A stretch of 64,000 nt of DNA from an uncultured cyanobacterium (GTDB lineage: Bacteria > Cyanobacteriota > Cyanobacteriia > Cyanobacteriales > Nostocaceae), in contig CAVUDP010000001.1 of the NCBI GenBank assembly GCA_963740315.1, positions 1,056,001 to 1,120,000 on the forward strand, read 5' to 3'. The notes under the pieces are model-generated. The model did not search any database, was not told the origin of the DNA, and saw nothing but the letters and a program-made list of their open reading frames with translations. Positions 30,780-39,609 of the stretch are shown here, piece after piece. The position numbers were made by a program, and so were the translations under genes. The stretch's first letter is position 1. The number at the start of each line of letters is the position of its first letter.

Positions 30780-32102
30780 TTATTTAATACAAGTTTCAAT
30801 TAACTCTTCAACACTAGCTACCGGAAAAATTTTAACTTTTAAACTATTAGAAACATCCTCCACCGTTTTATCGTCCAAAAATATTAATTCTCCATGCTTT
30901 AACATTACACTCGGCAGTAAAATCCCCTCTCCTAAATCTTCCTCCTGCAATTTCAAAAGTAAATCGTGAGCAGTTAACAAACCAGTAACGCTAATATCTT
31001 GTCCCCAATAATCGCTAGATAAAGCACGCAGATTAACTTCTAAACCATCAACAGCATTTAACTGTTTGACAAGAGGTTGAAAAGCTTGCTCGACGGCATT
31101 TCCTACAACCCAAGTTAACTTGCGGGGTTCAACTTTAACAGGTAATAATTCCCCTGCTGTTTGCATAAACTGCTTGATAAACAAACGAATCGAACCAACA
31201 CCATTATCAATTTGGGGATAATCCTCGTATTCCGCTTCACTTGGTAATTCCTCACCCGCAATTAAAAACCATTCATCAGCTAACCAAACGCAATTTGAGC
31301 CGTGTTTTTGTTTTAATTCTTGCTGCAACTTCCGCACTTGAGAAATTACTTCTCGTGCTTTTTCTCGCGTCACGGGTGTGAGTTCATCTTCTTTTGGACG
31401 AAACCGCGTCAAACCTACTGGTACAACCGCCGCAGAAGCGACAGCAGGTAATTCGCCAGTATGAAAAGACGCTAAATCGCGTAGAGTTTGTTCCAAGTGT
31501 AAGCCATCATTGATACCGGGGCAAACAACTACTTGTGCGTGAATTTGCAGTCGTCTTTCCTGAAACCACTCGATCTGCTGTAGTATTTCTCCCGCACGTT
31601 GATTTTTCAATAGTCTAATTCTTACATCGGCTTCCGTTGCATGAACGGACACATACAGCGGCGACAAACGCATCTGTTCAATTCTGTCCCATTCCCGTTG
31701 CGGTAAATTGGTTAAAGTCAGGTAAGAACCATACAGAAAACTGAGGCGATAATCGTCATCTTTAAAGTACAAACTAGAGCGTTTACCCGGCGGTTGTTGG
31801 TCAATAAAACAGAAAGGACAGCGGTTATTACACTGAATCAAACCATCAAAAAGCGCCGTTTCAAACTCTAAACCCAAATCATCATCATAATCTTTTTCAA
31901 TTTCAATTTCATGAGTTTTTCCCTTACAATCTAAAACTTCTAATTCTAAAACTTCATCAGCACATAAAAACTGATAATCAATCAAATCGCGGGGACGCAT
32001 ACCGTTAATACTAACGATCGCATCACCTTCCTCAAATCCGATTTCAGCACCAATAGAATCCGGTAATATTTTTGTAATTCGAGCGGGACTAATGTTATTC
32101 AT
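30780..32102 (-). CDS. TIGR03279-type radical SAM protein (PDZ + DUF512)
   Basis: N-terminal PDZ-like region, CNNRCPFC motif, KDDDYRLSFLYGSYLTLTN, YPQIDNGVG. Confidence 0.9.
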   Translation of the reverse strand: MNNISPARITKILPDSIGAEIGFEEGDAIVSINGMRPRDLIDYQFLCADEVLELEVLDCKGKTHEIEIEKDYDDDLGLEFETALFDGLIQCNNRCPFCFIDQQPPGKRSSLYFKDDDYRLSFLYGSYLTLTNLPQREWDRIEQMRLSPLYVSVHATEADVRIRLLKNQRAGEILQQIEWFQERRLQIHAQVVVCPGINDGLHLEQTLRDLASFHTGELPAVASAAVVPVGLTRFRPKEDELTPVTREKAREVISQVRKLQQELKQKHGSNCVWLADEWFLIAGEELPSEAEYEDYPQIDNGVGSIRLFIKQFMQTAGELLPVKVEPRKLTWVVGNAVEQAFQPLVKQLNAVDGLEVNLRALSSDYWGQDISVTGLLTAHDLLLKLQEEDLGEGILLPSVMLKHGELIFLDDKTVEDVSNSLKVKIFPVASVEELIETCIK

Positions 32103-32118
32103 AAATTAATAGTACCTA

Positions 32119-32198
32119 TGTAGAGACGTAGCACCGCTACGTCTTTTCCGGGAATGCTACGTCTCCGGGAATGCTACGTCTCCGGGAATGCTACGTCT
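32119..32198 (+). repeat. REP family A copy followed by 3 x 17-bp half-REP repeats
   Basis: tgtagagacgtagcaccgctacgtct then ccgggaatgctacgtct at 32148, 32165 and 32182. Confidence 0.85.
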
Positions 32199-32298
32199 TT
32201 TCCAGAAATCACTTGTCAACACTTATAAATATAGTCCGATAATATAACGTATTTTTTATCTATATAAGCACTAACATCTAAATATCCGCTTCCCAACT

Positions 32299-33261
32299 CT
32301 AACTATTTTCCAAAACCCCCGTAGCAATACCACCTAATATTAAAAGTCCAAATATTAATCGGTACCAAACAAACACCCAGGTAGTTTGAGTTTTGAGGAA
32401 GCGCAACAAAGCAGCGATCGCTAAATAAGAAAATATCGCCGATGAAATTATTCCTGCTACCAAGGAAGCGATTTGACTGCCATCAACCCCTGCGGAAAAG
32501 AAATCCTGTAATTGTACTAATCCGGCTATAGAAATAGCGGGAATACCTAATAAAAACGAAAACCGGGCTGCGGTTTCTCGTTCTAAATTTAAAAATAAAC
32601 CTGCTGTTAAAGTCGATCCCGAACGAGATACGCCGGGAATCACCGCCAAAGCTTGAGCAACACCCATTAACAGCCCATCCATCATAGTCAGATGTTCAAA
32701 ATCGCGCTGACGCTTGCTGAATTTTTCCGCCAATCCCAGCAAAATTGACATCAAAATAGAAGCAATTGCGATCGCGCTCATACTCCGTAGCGGTGAGTTA
32801 TCAAAGTCGGGAATAAAGATTTTGATCGCAAGTCCGCATAATAATATAGGTAGCGTGCCAAAAAAGATACCAACACACAAGCGCAAATCAAAATCCATAT
32901 AGTCCGAAAGAGCGATCGCCCTGGTAGCGCCTTTAAAAATTCTGGATAAATCTTTCCAAAAATACCACAGCACAGCGGCAATACTTCCCAATTGAATCAC
33001 GGCGCTAAAAGCAACTCCTGGATCTCCCCAACCAAGCGCTACAGGAACAGCTTTTAAATGAGCCGTGCTGCTAATTGGTAAAAACTCAGTTGCACCTTGA
33101 ACAAAACCCAAAAAAATCGCTTGCCATACCTTCATTTGCTGCACCCCATCAGCGGCGGTAGAAGGCTGGTTTGCAAAAGCTTTTAATGGATGTAACGCAA
33201 TGCCAAATATGGCGGCAGTTAAAGTTAAAAAGCAGAATAATTGACGTTTGAAAAAAGTCAT
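32299..33261 (-). CDS. uppP: undecaprenyl-diphosphate phosphatase (copy 1)
   Basis: QGATEFLPISSTAH, PGVSRSGST, AARFSFLL; start uncertain (MTFFKRQ chosen). Confidence 0.92.
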   Translation of the reverse strand: MTFFKRQLFCFLTLTAAIFGIALHPLKAFANQPSTAADGVQQMKVWQAIFLGFVQGATEFLPISSTAHLKAVPVALGWGDPGVAFSAVIQLGSIAAVLWYFWKDLSRIFKGATRAIALSDYMDFDLRLCVGIFFGTLPILLCGLAIKIFIPDFDNSPLRSMSAIAIASILMSILLGLAEKFSKRQRDFEHLTMMDGLLMGVAQALAVIPGVSRSGSTLTAGLFLNLERETAARFSFLLGIPAISIAGLVQLQDFFSAGVDGSQIASLVAGIISSAIFSYLAIAALLRFLKTQTTWVFVWYRLIFGLLILGGIATGVLENS

Positions 33262-33557
33262 TAGCTTTGTCGCTGTTGCAATTGTAACCATTGACGTTGA
33301 AACAACAGCAAACCTTCCAGTTTGACAAAGCTTTTTGTCATGATTCATCACCATCCGCCAGTTATTTGTCAAGATTTAGATTTTGGGTTGATTAGCAATG
33401 AGTTAAGAGTGAGCCTCTATTTACTCTTCCTAATCTCTTCACTTTTTATACTTCATACCTAATGTCTATATCTTGCACAAAAAACCATCAGACTCAAGAC
33501 TACGACTATACAAACAGTTACCAGTTACCAATTACCAGCTTAAGTATAGATAGCAGA

Positions 33558-33681
33558 TAAGTAGGTTGGCGTAATTAAATGTAAGATGTCATTGCGAGGA
33601 ACGAAGCAATCACAATAACTGGGATTGCTTCGTTCCTCGCAATGACAGAGCATATTATATTTATTTGTACCCACCTACTTA
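33558..33681. mobile_element. TA-flanked MITE with a nested 25-bp perfect inverted repeat
   Basis: TAagtaggt...acctactTA ends; tgtcattgcgaggaacgaagcaatc (33587-33611) and exact complement (33623-33647). Confidence 0.75.
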
Positions 33682-33901
33682 GCAGTTATCAGCTTAAGTA
33701 TAAATAGCAGATACCAGTTCTCAGCTTGAATACAGATAGCGAGCAAGATGCTCGCACTACCTACCATCCCTTCATATAAATTATTTGGAAGTCCCTTAGC
33801 CCACCTTACGGTGGGCTTTGTTTGAGTAGTTCCCCACTCATAAGCACGTGAGGGCGATTTGCCGTAGCCTCATACAGAATTGGTACAACTCCTAACTCTT
33901 C

Positions 33902-34879
33902 TTAAGCATTCTCAAGTATCCCAAATGACAAGCCAGCTAAGATAGCGATACCGAATATCAAGCGATACCAAACGAATACCCAAGTGCTTCTAGTTTTAAG
34001 AAATTTTACTAACCAAGCGATCGCTAAATAAGAAAATATTGCGGATGATATTATACCTGCTATGAGGGTAAGCATTTCAGAATTAGCTATTCTTCCTTCT
34101 GATAAATCTTTTAATAAACCTACAAGTTCTACTAATCCAGATAAACCAATCGCGGGAATCCCTAATAAGAAGGAAAATCTTGCTGCTGTTTCCCTTTCTA
34201 AACCCATGAATAATCCTGCTGTCAAAGTTGAACCCGAACGAGAAGCCCCAGGTACTAAGGCTAAAGCTTGAGCGCAACCCATTAATATCCCATCGCCCAT
34301 TGTTAATTTGTCAAAATTGCGCTGTCTGGTGCCTTTCATTTCTGCTAATCCCAATAACAGCCCCATCACAATTGACACAACTGCTATTACCCCCATACCT
34401 CGCACAACATTTTCGTAAAACTCTTCAAAAACAATCTTGACTAAAAGTCCTAAAAATACTATAGGCAATGTTCCGATCGCAATGCCCAAAGCAATGCGGA
34501 AATCGGTATCTTGATAATTTTTACGTGCAATGGCAATCCAGGCACCTGTAAGAACTCTTGTCAAATCTCCCCAAAAGTACCAAAGTACAGCCGCAATACT
34601 CCCAAGCTGAATCGCTGCACTAAAAGCAGAACCTGGATCTCCCCAACCTAAAGCCACTGGTACGGCTTTTAAATGCGCCGTACTACTGATTGGTAGAAAT
34701 TCTGTTGCACCTTGCACGAAGCCTAAAAAAATGCCTTGCCATACATTCATTTGCGAAGCCCCATCAACAACAGGAGTACTCGCTTCTTGACTCAAAACTT
34801 TTAAGGGAAATGTCGCTACCGATAAAACGCCACTTCCTACCATCAATAAGGGAAACAGCAAACGTTTGGATACAGCCAT
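33902..34879 (-). CDS. uppP: undecaprenyl-diphosphate phosphatase (copy 2)
   Basis: QGATEFLPISSTAH, PGASRSGST, AARFSFLL. Confidence 0.92.
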   Translation of the reverse strand: MAVSKRLLFPLLMVGSGVLSVATFPLKVLSQEASTPVVDGASQMNVWQGIFLGFVQGATEFLPISSTAHLKAVPVALGWGDPGSAFSAAIQLGSIAAVLWYFWGDLTRVLTGAWIAIARKNYQDTDFRIALGIAIGTLPIVFLGLLVKIVFEEFYENVVRGMGVIAVVSIVMGLLLGLAEMKGTRQRNFDKLTMGDGILMGCAQALALVPGASRSGSTLTAGLFMGLERETAARFSFLLGIPAIGLSGLVELVGLLKDLSEGRIANSEMLTLIAGIISSAIFSYLAIAWLVKFLKTRSTWVFVWYRLIFGIAILAGLSFGILENA

Positions 34880-35196
34880 GAATACACCTATCTACCTGTA
34901 GTTGTTGCCAGCCATTACACTTTCAACCGATTTTGTACCATTTACAGGAAAAAAATACCGCAGTTGAAATATTTTCTTGTTTGTTTAGAACTGTGAAGCT
35001 CAATTCTCGCTACAGCATACCTGTAAATTCTGCTTTATTCTTTGTAATTTTTTTAAAGATTTCATATTTGGCTACAATTGGGTTACTATCAGTTATGCCC
35101 CCCAGGGGGATATGATATACACCATAGGGGGTTGATTTTAGTCCTTAAGAAAAGTTAAGCTATGTAAAGAATATTAAAATTTTCATTCATAATACG

Positions 35197-36015
35197 TTGT
35201 ACTCATATACAGTTTTTAACCCCGTGACTCAAACAGTTGAATCTCTCAAATCCTTGGAAATAAACGTAATAGCTCAGCAAAAAGCGATCGGTACGGTAAT
35301 ACCTCGAAGCAGATACAAAGATGAGAAATTGACATCTTTTTCGACTTCAAACTTAATACCTATCTCTTTTGAAGTATCAACTCGACAAGCTTTATTAGTA
35401 TTTGGCGCAGCGGTATTTCTGGTGTCGGTGCCGGTGTTCGTAGAAGCGCCACTGGTAAGATTACTGCCGTGGTTGAGCGTGGCGTTAACGGCTCTGTGGG
35501 TATGGCTAAGTAAAATACTAATGTCGCGGAGTATAACCTATATTTGGGGCGATTTACTTTTGGGTTTCAGTTGGAGTTGGTTGGCAGGCTCTATATATTG
35601 GGGTTGGTTGCGTTGGGAACCGTTATGGCATTTACCAGTAGAATCAATCGGTTTGCCTTTTGCAATCTGGTGCTTATATCGTAACTGGGGCAAAATTGGT
35701 AACTGGTTTTATTTTGGCTCTCTGCTTGGTACCGTATTGACCGATATATATTTTTATATAGTGGATTTAATCCCTTATTGGCGGCAAATAACGGTTGTAG
35801 AACCATCCGAGGCTTCATCAATATTGCGGGCAGCACTTGCACAAGTAAAAACACCATATGGAGAAGCTTGGGCAATTGTTTTAGCTGTAGTCTTATTGAG
35901 CGTGGGGATTATACCTTTAAAATATAAGCAACTGCACTGGTATGCTTTTAGTGGAGCAGTTTTAAGCACAATTTTAGTAGACAGCTTATTTTTAATCGCC
36001 GCCGTTATCGCTTGA
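35197..36015 (+). CDS. DUF3120 family membrane protein
   Basis: FLVSVPVFVEAPLVR, LAGSIYWGWLRWEPLWHLPVESIGLP; start uncertain. Confidence 0.8.
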   Translation: MYSYTVFNPVTQTVESLKSLEINVIAQQKAIGTVIPRSRYKDEKLTSFSTSNLIPISFEVSTRQALLVFGAAVFLVSVPVFVEAPLVRLLPWLSVALTALWVWLSKILMSRSITYIWGDLLLGFSWSWLAGSIYWGWLRWEPLWHLPVESIGLPFAIWCLYRNWGKIGNWFYFGSLLGTVLTDIYFYIVDLIPYWRQITVVEPSEASSILRAALAQVKTPYGEAWAIVLAVVLLSVGIIPLKYKQLHWYAFSGAVLSTILVDSLFLIAAVIA

Positions 36016-36283
36016 GTCTCGGCAACCGGCTTTCTTAATGTCCGTAAAGATTTGAGAAGGTTAAGGATTAATTGTTTTTAATAATTTTTTGTAAAAATTT
36101 TGCTCGAAGCTCTAAAGAGTAAATATTAGGGATATTAATAAGCTGTATATTAGATTTTGATAACTGCTGTGTTTTATTAAGCTATTTGCTACGAGCATTT
36201 GTCATTTACTCGTAATTAATGGCATTTGAGTAGGATTTAGCTTAAAGCTTTTGTGTAAGTTTGATGGAAAGAGGTAGAAAATC

Positions 36284-36724
36284 GTGAAACGATTGGCGCA
36301 TTTAGTAACAGTATTTAGTTTGTTAATTGGATTTTGGGGATGGTTAGGCACCTCAAACGTAGCTCAAGCAGCCCACTTTGATGCATTTGCCGTTAATAAT
36401 ACCCCTATTTTCGCAATTGATTCATCGCGAGTGCGGCGGAATCGAGCGGATGACAGACTAGCAGACGTTTATGGTGACAAAATTGACTTAAATAATACGA
36501 ATATAGGAGCTTTTCAAAGATATCGAGGACTATATCCTACACTTGCCAGGAAAATAGTCTTTAATGCTCCTTACGAAAACGTAGAAGAAGTCCTGAATAT
36601 CGAAGGTTTGAGCGAAAGACAAAAACAACGTCTGCAAGCCAACTTAGATAACTTCACTGTTTCCAAAACTGAAGCTATATTTAACGAAGGGGCTGAGCGC
36701 ATCAACAACGGCATTTACAGATAA
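36284..36724 (+). CDS. psbU: photosystem II 12 kDa extrinsic protein PsbU
   Basis: Signal peptide; KIDLNN, GLYPTLA..IV.NAPY..VE.V..I.GLS..QK; GAGG RBS. Confidence 0.95.
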   Translation: MKRLAHLVTVFSLLIGFWGWLGTSNVAQAAHFDAFAVNNTPIFAIDSSRVRRNRADDRLADVYGDKIDLNNTNIGAFQRYRGLYPTLARKIVFNAPYENVEEVLNIEGLSERQKQRLQANLDNFTVSKTEAIFNEGAERINNGIYR

Positions 36725-36967
36725 ATAATGCATAAGCCGTTAATTATCGCAACATCAACTAAGTGCTTGTTTGCAATAATTGTTTCTGTTAGCTCTTGTT
36801 GTTTGTAATTCACAGATAAATGTAGAGGCGTTGCATTGCAACGTCTCTTCAAAGTATATTTTTTAGTGAAAACCTGTCTTTTATGGCATTGTCCGCTTAA
36901 TCTAAAACTTAAAATCTAAAATCTAAAATTTAAAATCTCATAGTTCCCTATTACCCGATCTACAACC

Positions 36968-38641
36968 TTGTCCGAAATTAATCTTCAAAACCGATTTGAT
37001 GTTTTAATTGTGGGTGCTGGTGCAGCTGGACTGTATACCGCCCTCTGTCTGCCTGAAGATTTGCAAGTTGGCTTAATTACCAAAGAAACTATTTCTTTGT
37101 CTGCTAGTGAATGGGCACAAGGAGGAATTGCAGCGGCAGTTTCTTCAGAAGATTCTCCTCAATTACACGTTGAAGATACTATACTCGCGGGTGCTGGTTT
37201 ATGCGATCGCTCTGTAGTCGAATTCCTTGCTCGTCAAGCTCCTGAATGCATTCAATCTTTAGTAGATTTGGGTGTCGCTTTCGATCGCAGCGGTAAGGAA
37301 TTAGCGTTAACTTTAGAAGCAGCTCATTCTCGTCATCGAGTTCTTCATGCAGCCGATACTACGGGTTCGCAAGTGATTACCACTCTTAGCGCCCAAGTAT
37401 TGCAACGCCAAAATATCAAAATTATTCAACAAGCTTTAGCATTAAGTTTATGGTTGCATCCCGATCGACGCACTCAAGGAATTAGCTTATTTTATCAAGG
37501 TAAAGTTAGATGGATTCAGGCTGGTGCGGTGATACTAGCAACGGGTGGCGGCGGACAAGTTTTTGCTCAAACCACAAATCCAGCTATCAGTACTGGAGAT
37601 GGTGTAGCTATAGCTTGGCGTGCGGGAGCAATTCTTAGAGATTTAGAATTCATGCAGTTTCACCCTACTGCATTAACTAAACCAGGTGGCGATCGCTTTT
37701 TAATTAGCGAAGCAGTGCGCGGAGAAGGAGCGCATTTAATTGATAACCAAGGGCGGCGCTTTGCATTCGACTATCATCCATCCGGAGAACTTGCACCCAG
37801 AGATATAGTCAGTCGGGCTATTTTTACCCACCTGCAACAAACAGAGAACGATCCCTCTACGGCAAACGTTTGGTTGGATATGCGCCCTATTCCCCCCGAA
37901 AAAATTCGTCATCGCTTTCCCAACATCGTCAGAGTTTGCCAGCGCTGGGGAATTGATGTATTTTCTCAACCCGTTCCCGTCGCACCCGCAGCTCACTACT
38001 GGATGGGTGGAATTCAAACAGATTTATTGAATCGAACTAATATTCCGGGTTTATACGCAGTTGGAGAAGCAGCCAGCACGGGAGTTCATGGAGCAAATCG
38101 TTTGGCAAGTAATTCTTTGCTAGAATGTATAGTCTTCGGCGCTCAAATGTCACGTCTAAAGTTAGAAGACACTACATTTTCGGAGACTCAACATATTTCT
38201 GAAGAAATATTTAAGAATTATTCGGAAGATACAGAGCAAGAATATAATTATTTAAAAGAATTACGAAGTGAAATACCGCGTCTGGTTTGGCAAGCCGCTG
38301 GAATTTGTCGAGAACGATCGAGTTTAGATAATGCCATTTCTAATATCGAATCCCGGCGAGAAGAATTTGCCGAACTTAAATTGAGTAAATTCTTATTTTC
38401 TTTAGATCCGCCAAAGTCAGTTAGCTTTGAATCAAGCGATGCTCAACAACAATTGCGGCTATGGACGCAAGTCCGCAACTTGCTCGATATTGCTTATTTA
38501 ATTTTGAAAAGTGCTGCTTATAGAGTTGAGAGTCGAGGTGGACATTATCGTTTGGATTTCCCCGATTCAAACCCTGATTGGCGAGTTCATACGTTAGTAC
38601 AAAATTATGATTGGAGTCAAGAAGCCGTTCGTAATGACTGA
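36968..38641 (+). CDS. nadB: L-aspartate oxidase
   Basis: GAGAAG, WAQGGIAA, EAAHS..RVLH, QFHPT, SEAVRGEG, ELAPRD, HGANRLASNSLLE, ESRGGH. Confidence 0.95.
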   Translation: MSEINLQNRFDVLIVGAGAAGLYTALCLPEDLQVGLITKETISLSASEWAQGGIAAAVSSEDSPQLHVEDTILAGAGLCDRSVVEFLARQAPECIQSLVDLGVAFDRSGKELALTLEAAHSRHRVLHAADTTGSQVITTLSAQVLQRQNIKIIQQALALSLWLHPDRRTQGISLFYQGKVRWIQAGAVILATGGGGQVFAQTTNPAISTGDGVAIAWRAGAILRDLEFMQFHPTALTKPGGDRFLISEAVRGEGAHLIDNQGRRFAFDYHPSGELAPRDIVSRAIFTHLQQTENDPSTANVWLDMRPIPPEKIRHRFPNIVRVCQRWGIDVFSQPVPVAPAAHYWMGGIQTDLLNRTNIPGLYAVGEAASTGVHGANRLASNSLLECIVFGAQMSRLKLEDTTFSETQHISEEIFKNYSEDTEQEYNYLKELRSEIPRLVWQAAGICRERSSLDNAISNIESRREEFAELKLSKFLFSLDPPKSVSFESSDAQQQLRLWTQVRNLLDIAYLILKSAAYRVESRGGHYRLDFPDSNPDWRVHTLVQNYDWSQEAVRND

Positions 38642-38737
38642 AAGCACGGCTAGTTAAAAGCGATATCCTAGTTACACGATTCGATGCGATCGATAAAAAT
38701 TGAGTAGTCACCTAAGCATAATTTTGGCACAATTATA

Positions 38738-38980
38738 TCAACGCGTACCGCTACCATAAGCGCTTGAAGGACGACCAAAATCAGTTGGTTCATATGCATT
38801 TGATAAATCTTGACTATTCTGTGTAGTCGGAATGGCGTAACTAGGAACCATATGATTCAAATTTCCAGATGCATCAGCCATTTTGGGGATTAGGAAAGAA
38901 GCTCCAATAAAAACGACTATAATGCTGCCAATTCTCAAACTGTTTTTTATAAAACTAGGTTTATTACTGTGAATATTCAT
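38738..38980 (-). CDS. small secreted peptide precursor ending FGRPSSAYGSGTR
   Basis: Basic N-region, hydrophobic core, ADA cleavage-like site; 43-aa predicted mature part. Confidence 0.7.
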   Translation of the reverse strand: MNIHSNKPSFIKNSLRIGSIIVVFIGASFLIPKMADASGNLNHMVPSYAIPTTQNSQDLSNAYEPTDFGRPSSAYGSGTR

Positions 38981-39609
38981 ATAGGGATTTTACTTCCGTG
39001 TATTTACTATGTTTATTAAATTAAGGTTCGCTTAACCCATAATTAAGTTATCTGTAAAGAGGGAAATTACGTAGAAATTGATTTCATTCACAAAAACTAC
39101 ATCTTCAGAGTGAAGACAGCTTCATAATTAAGGATTCACTACATAAGTAATAATTCCAATACATATCGAACTGCATCTATCTTTAGTTAGACGTAAGGCA
39201 TAAATTAATTAGAAGAATATCTACTCATCAACTTTCTTCAAATTATCTTAGTATTTTTACGGCTAATTACGGTGTTATCGAAACCACAAATTGAGATAAA
39301 TACTGTTTACAACCTTATTTACTCTATTATCAATAAACCTTCATCAGAGAAAATAACTAAATTTGCAGTTGTAATGTTGCCAAGATGGCAGCTTTTTACA
39401 AAACTTCACATTTTTTAGAGTTCGTAGCACTATTTAGATCGCAATCTAAGAGACTAAACCTAAAGAAGATTAAATTGATTTTAAGATGTATCTTAAGATA
39501 GTTACATTTATTCAAAGTTACAGATTGAGTTGCAGAACAAAAGAATCATTGCCAGAAGTAATGTGATTTATATTGCCTACACTCATCTGCTAATCGATCG
39601 AGTAATAAT

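Noticed and set aside
35153..35180. RpaB HLR1-like direct repeat upstream of DUF3120-psbU
   Set aside because: Only a partial match in very AT-rich DNA; cannot be told from chance by eye
38738..38980. Naming the peptide patX or patS
   Set aside because: Lacks the RGSGR motif (has YGSGTR) and I see no supporting gene context
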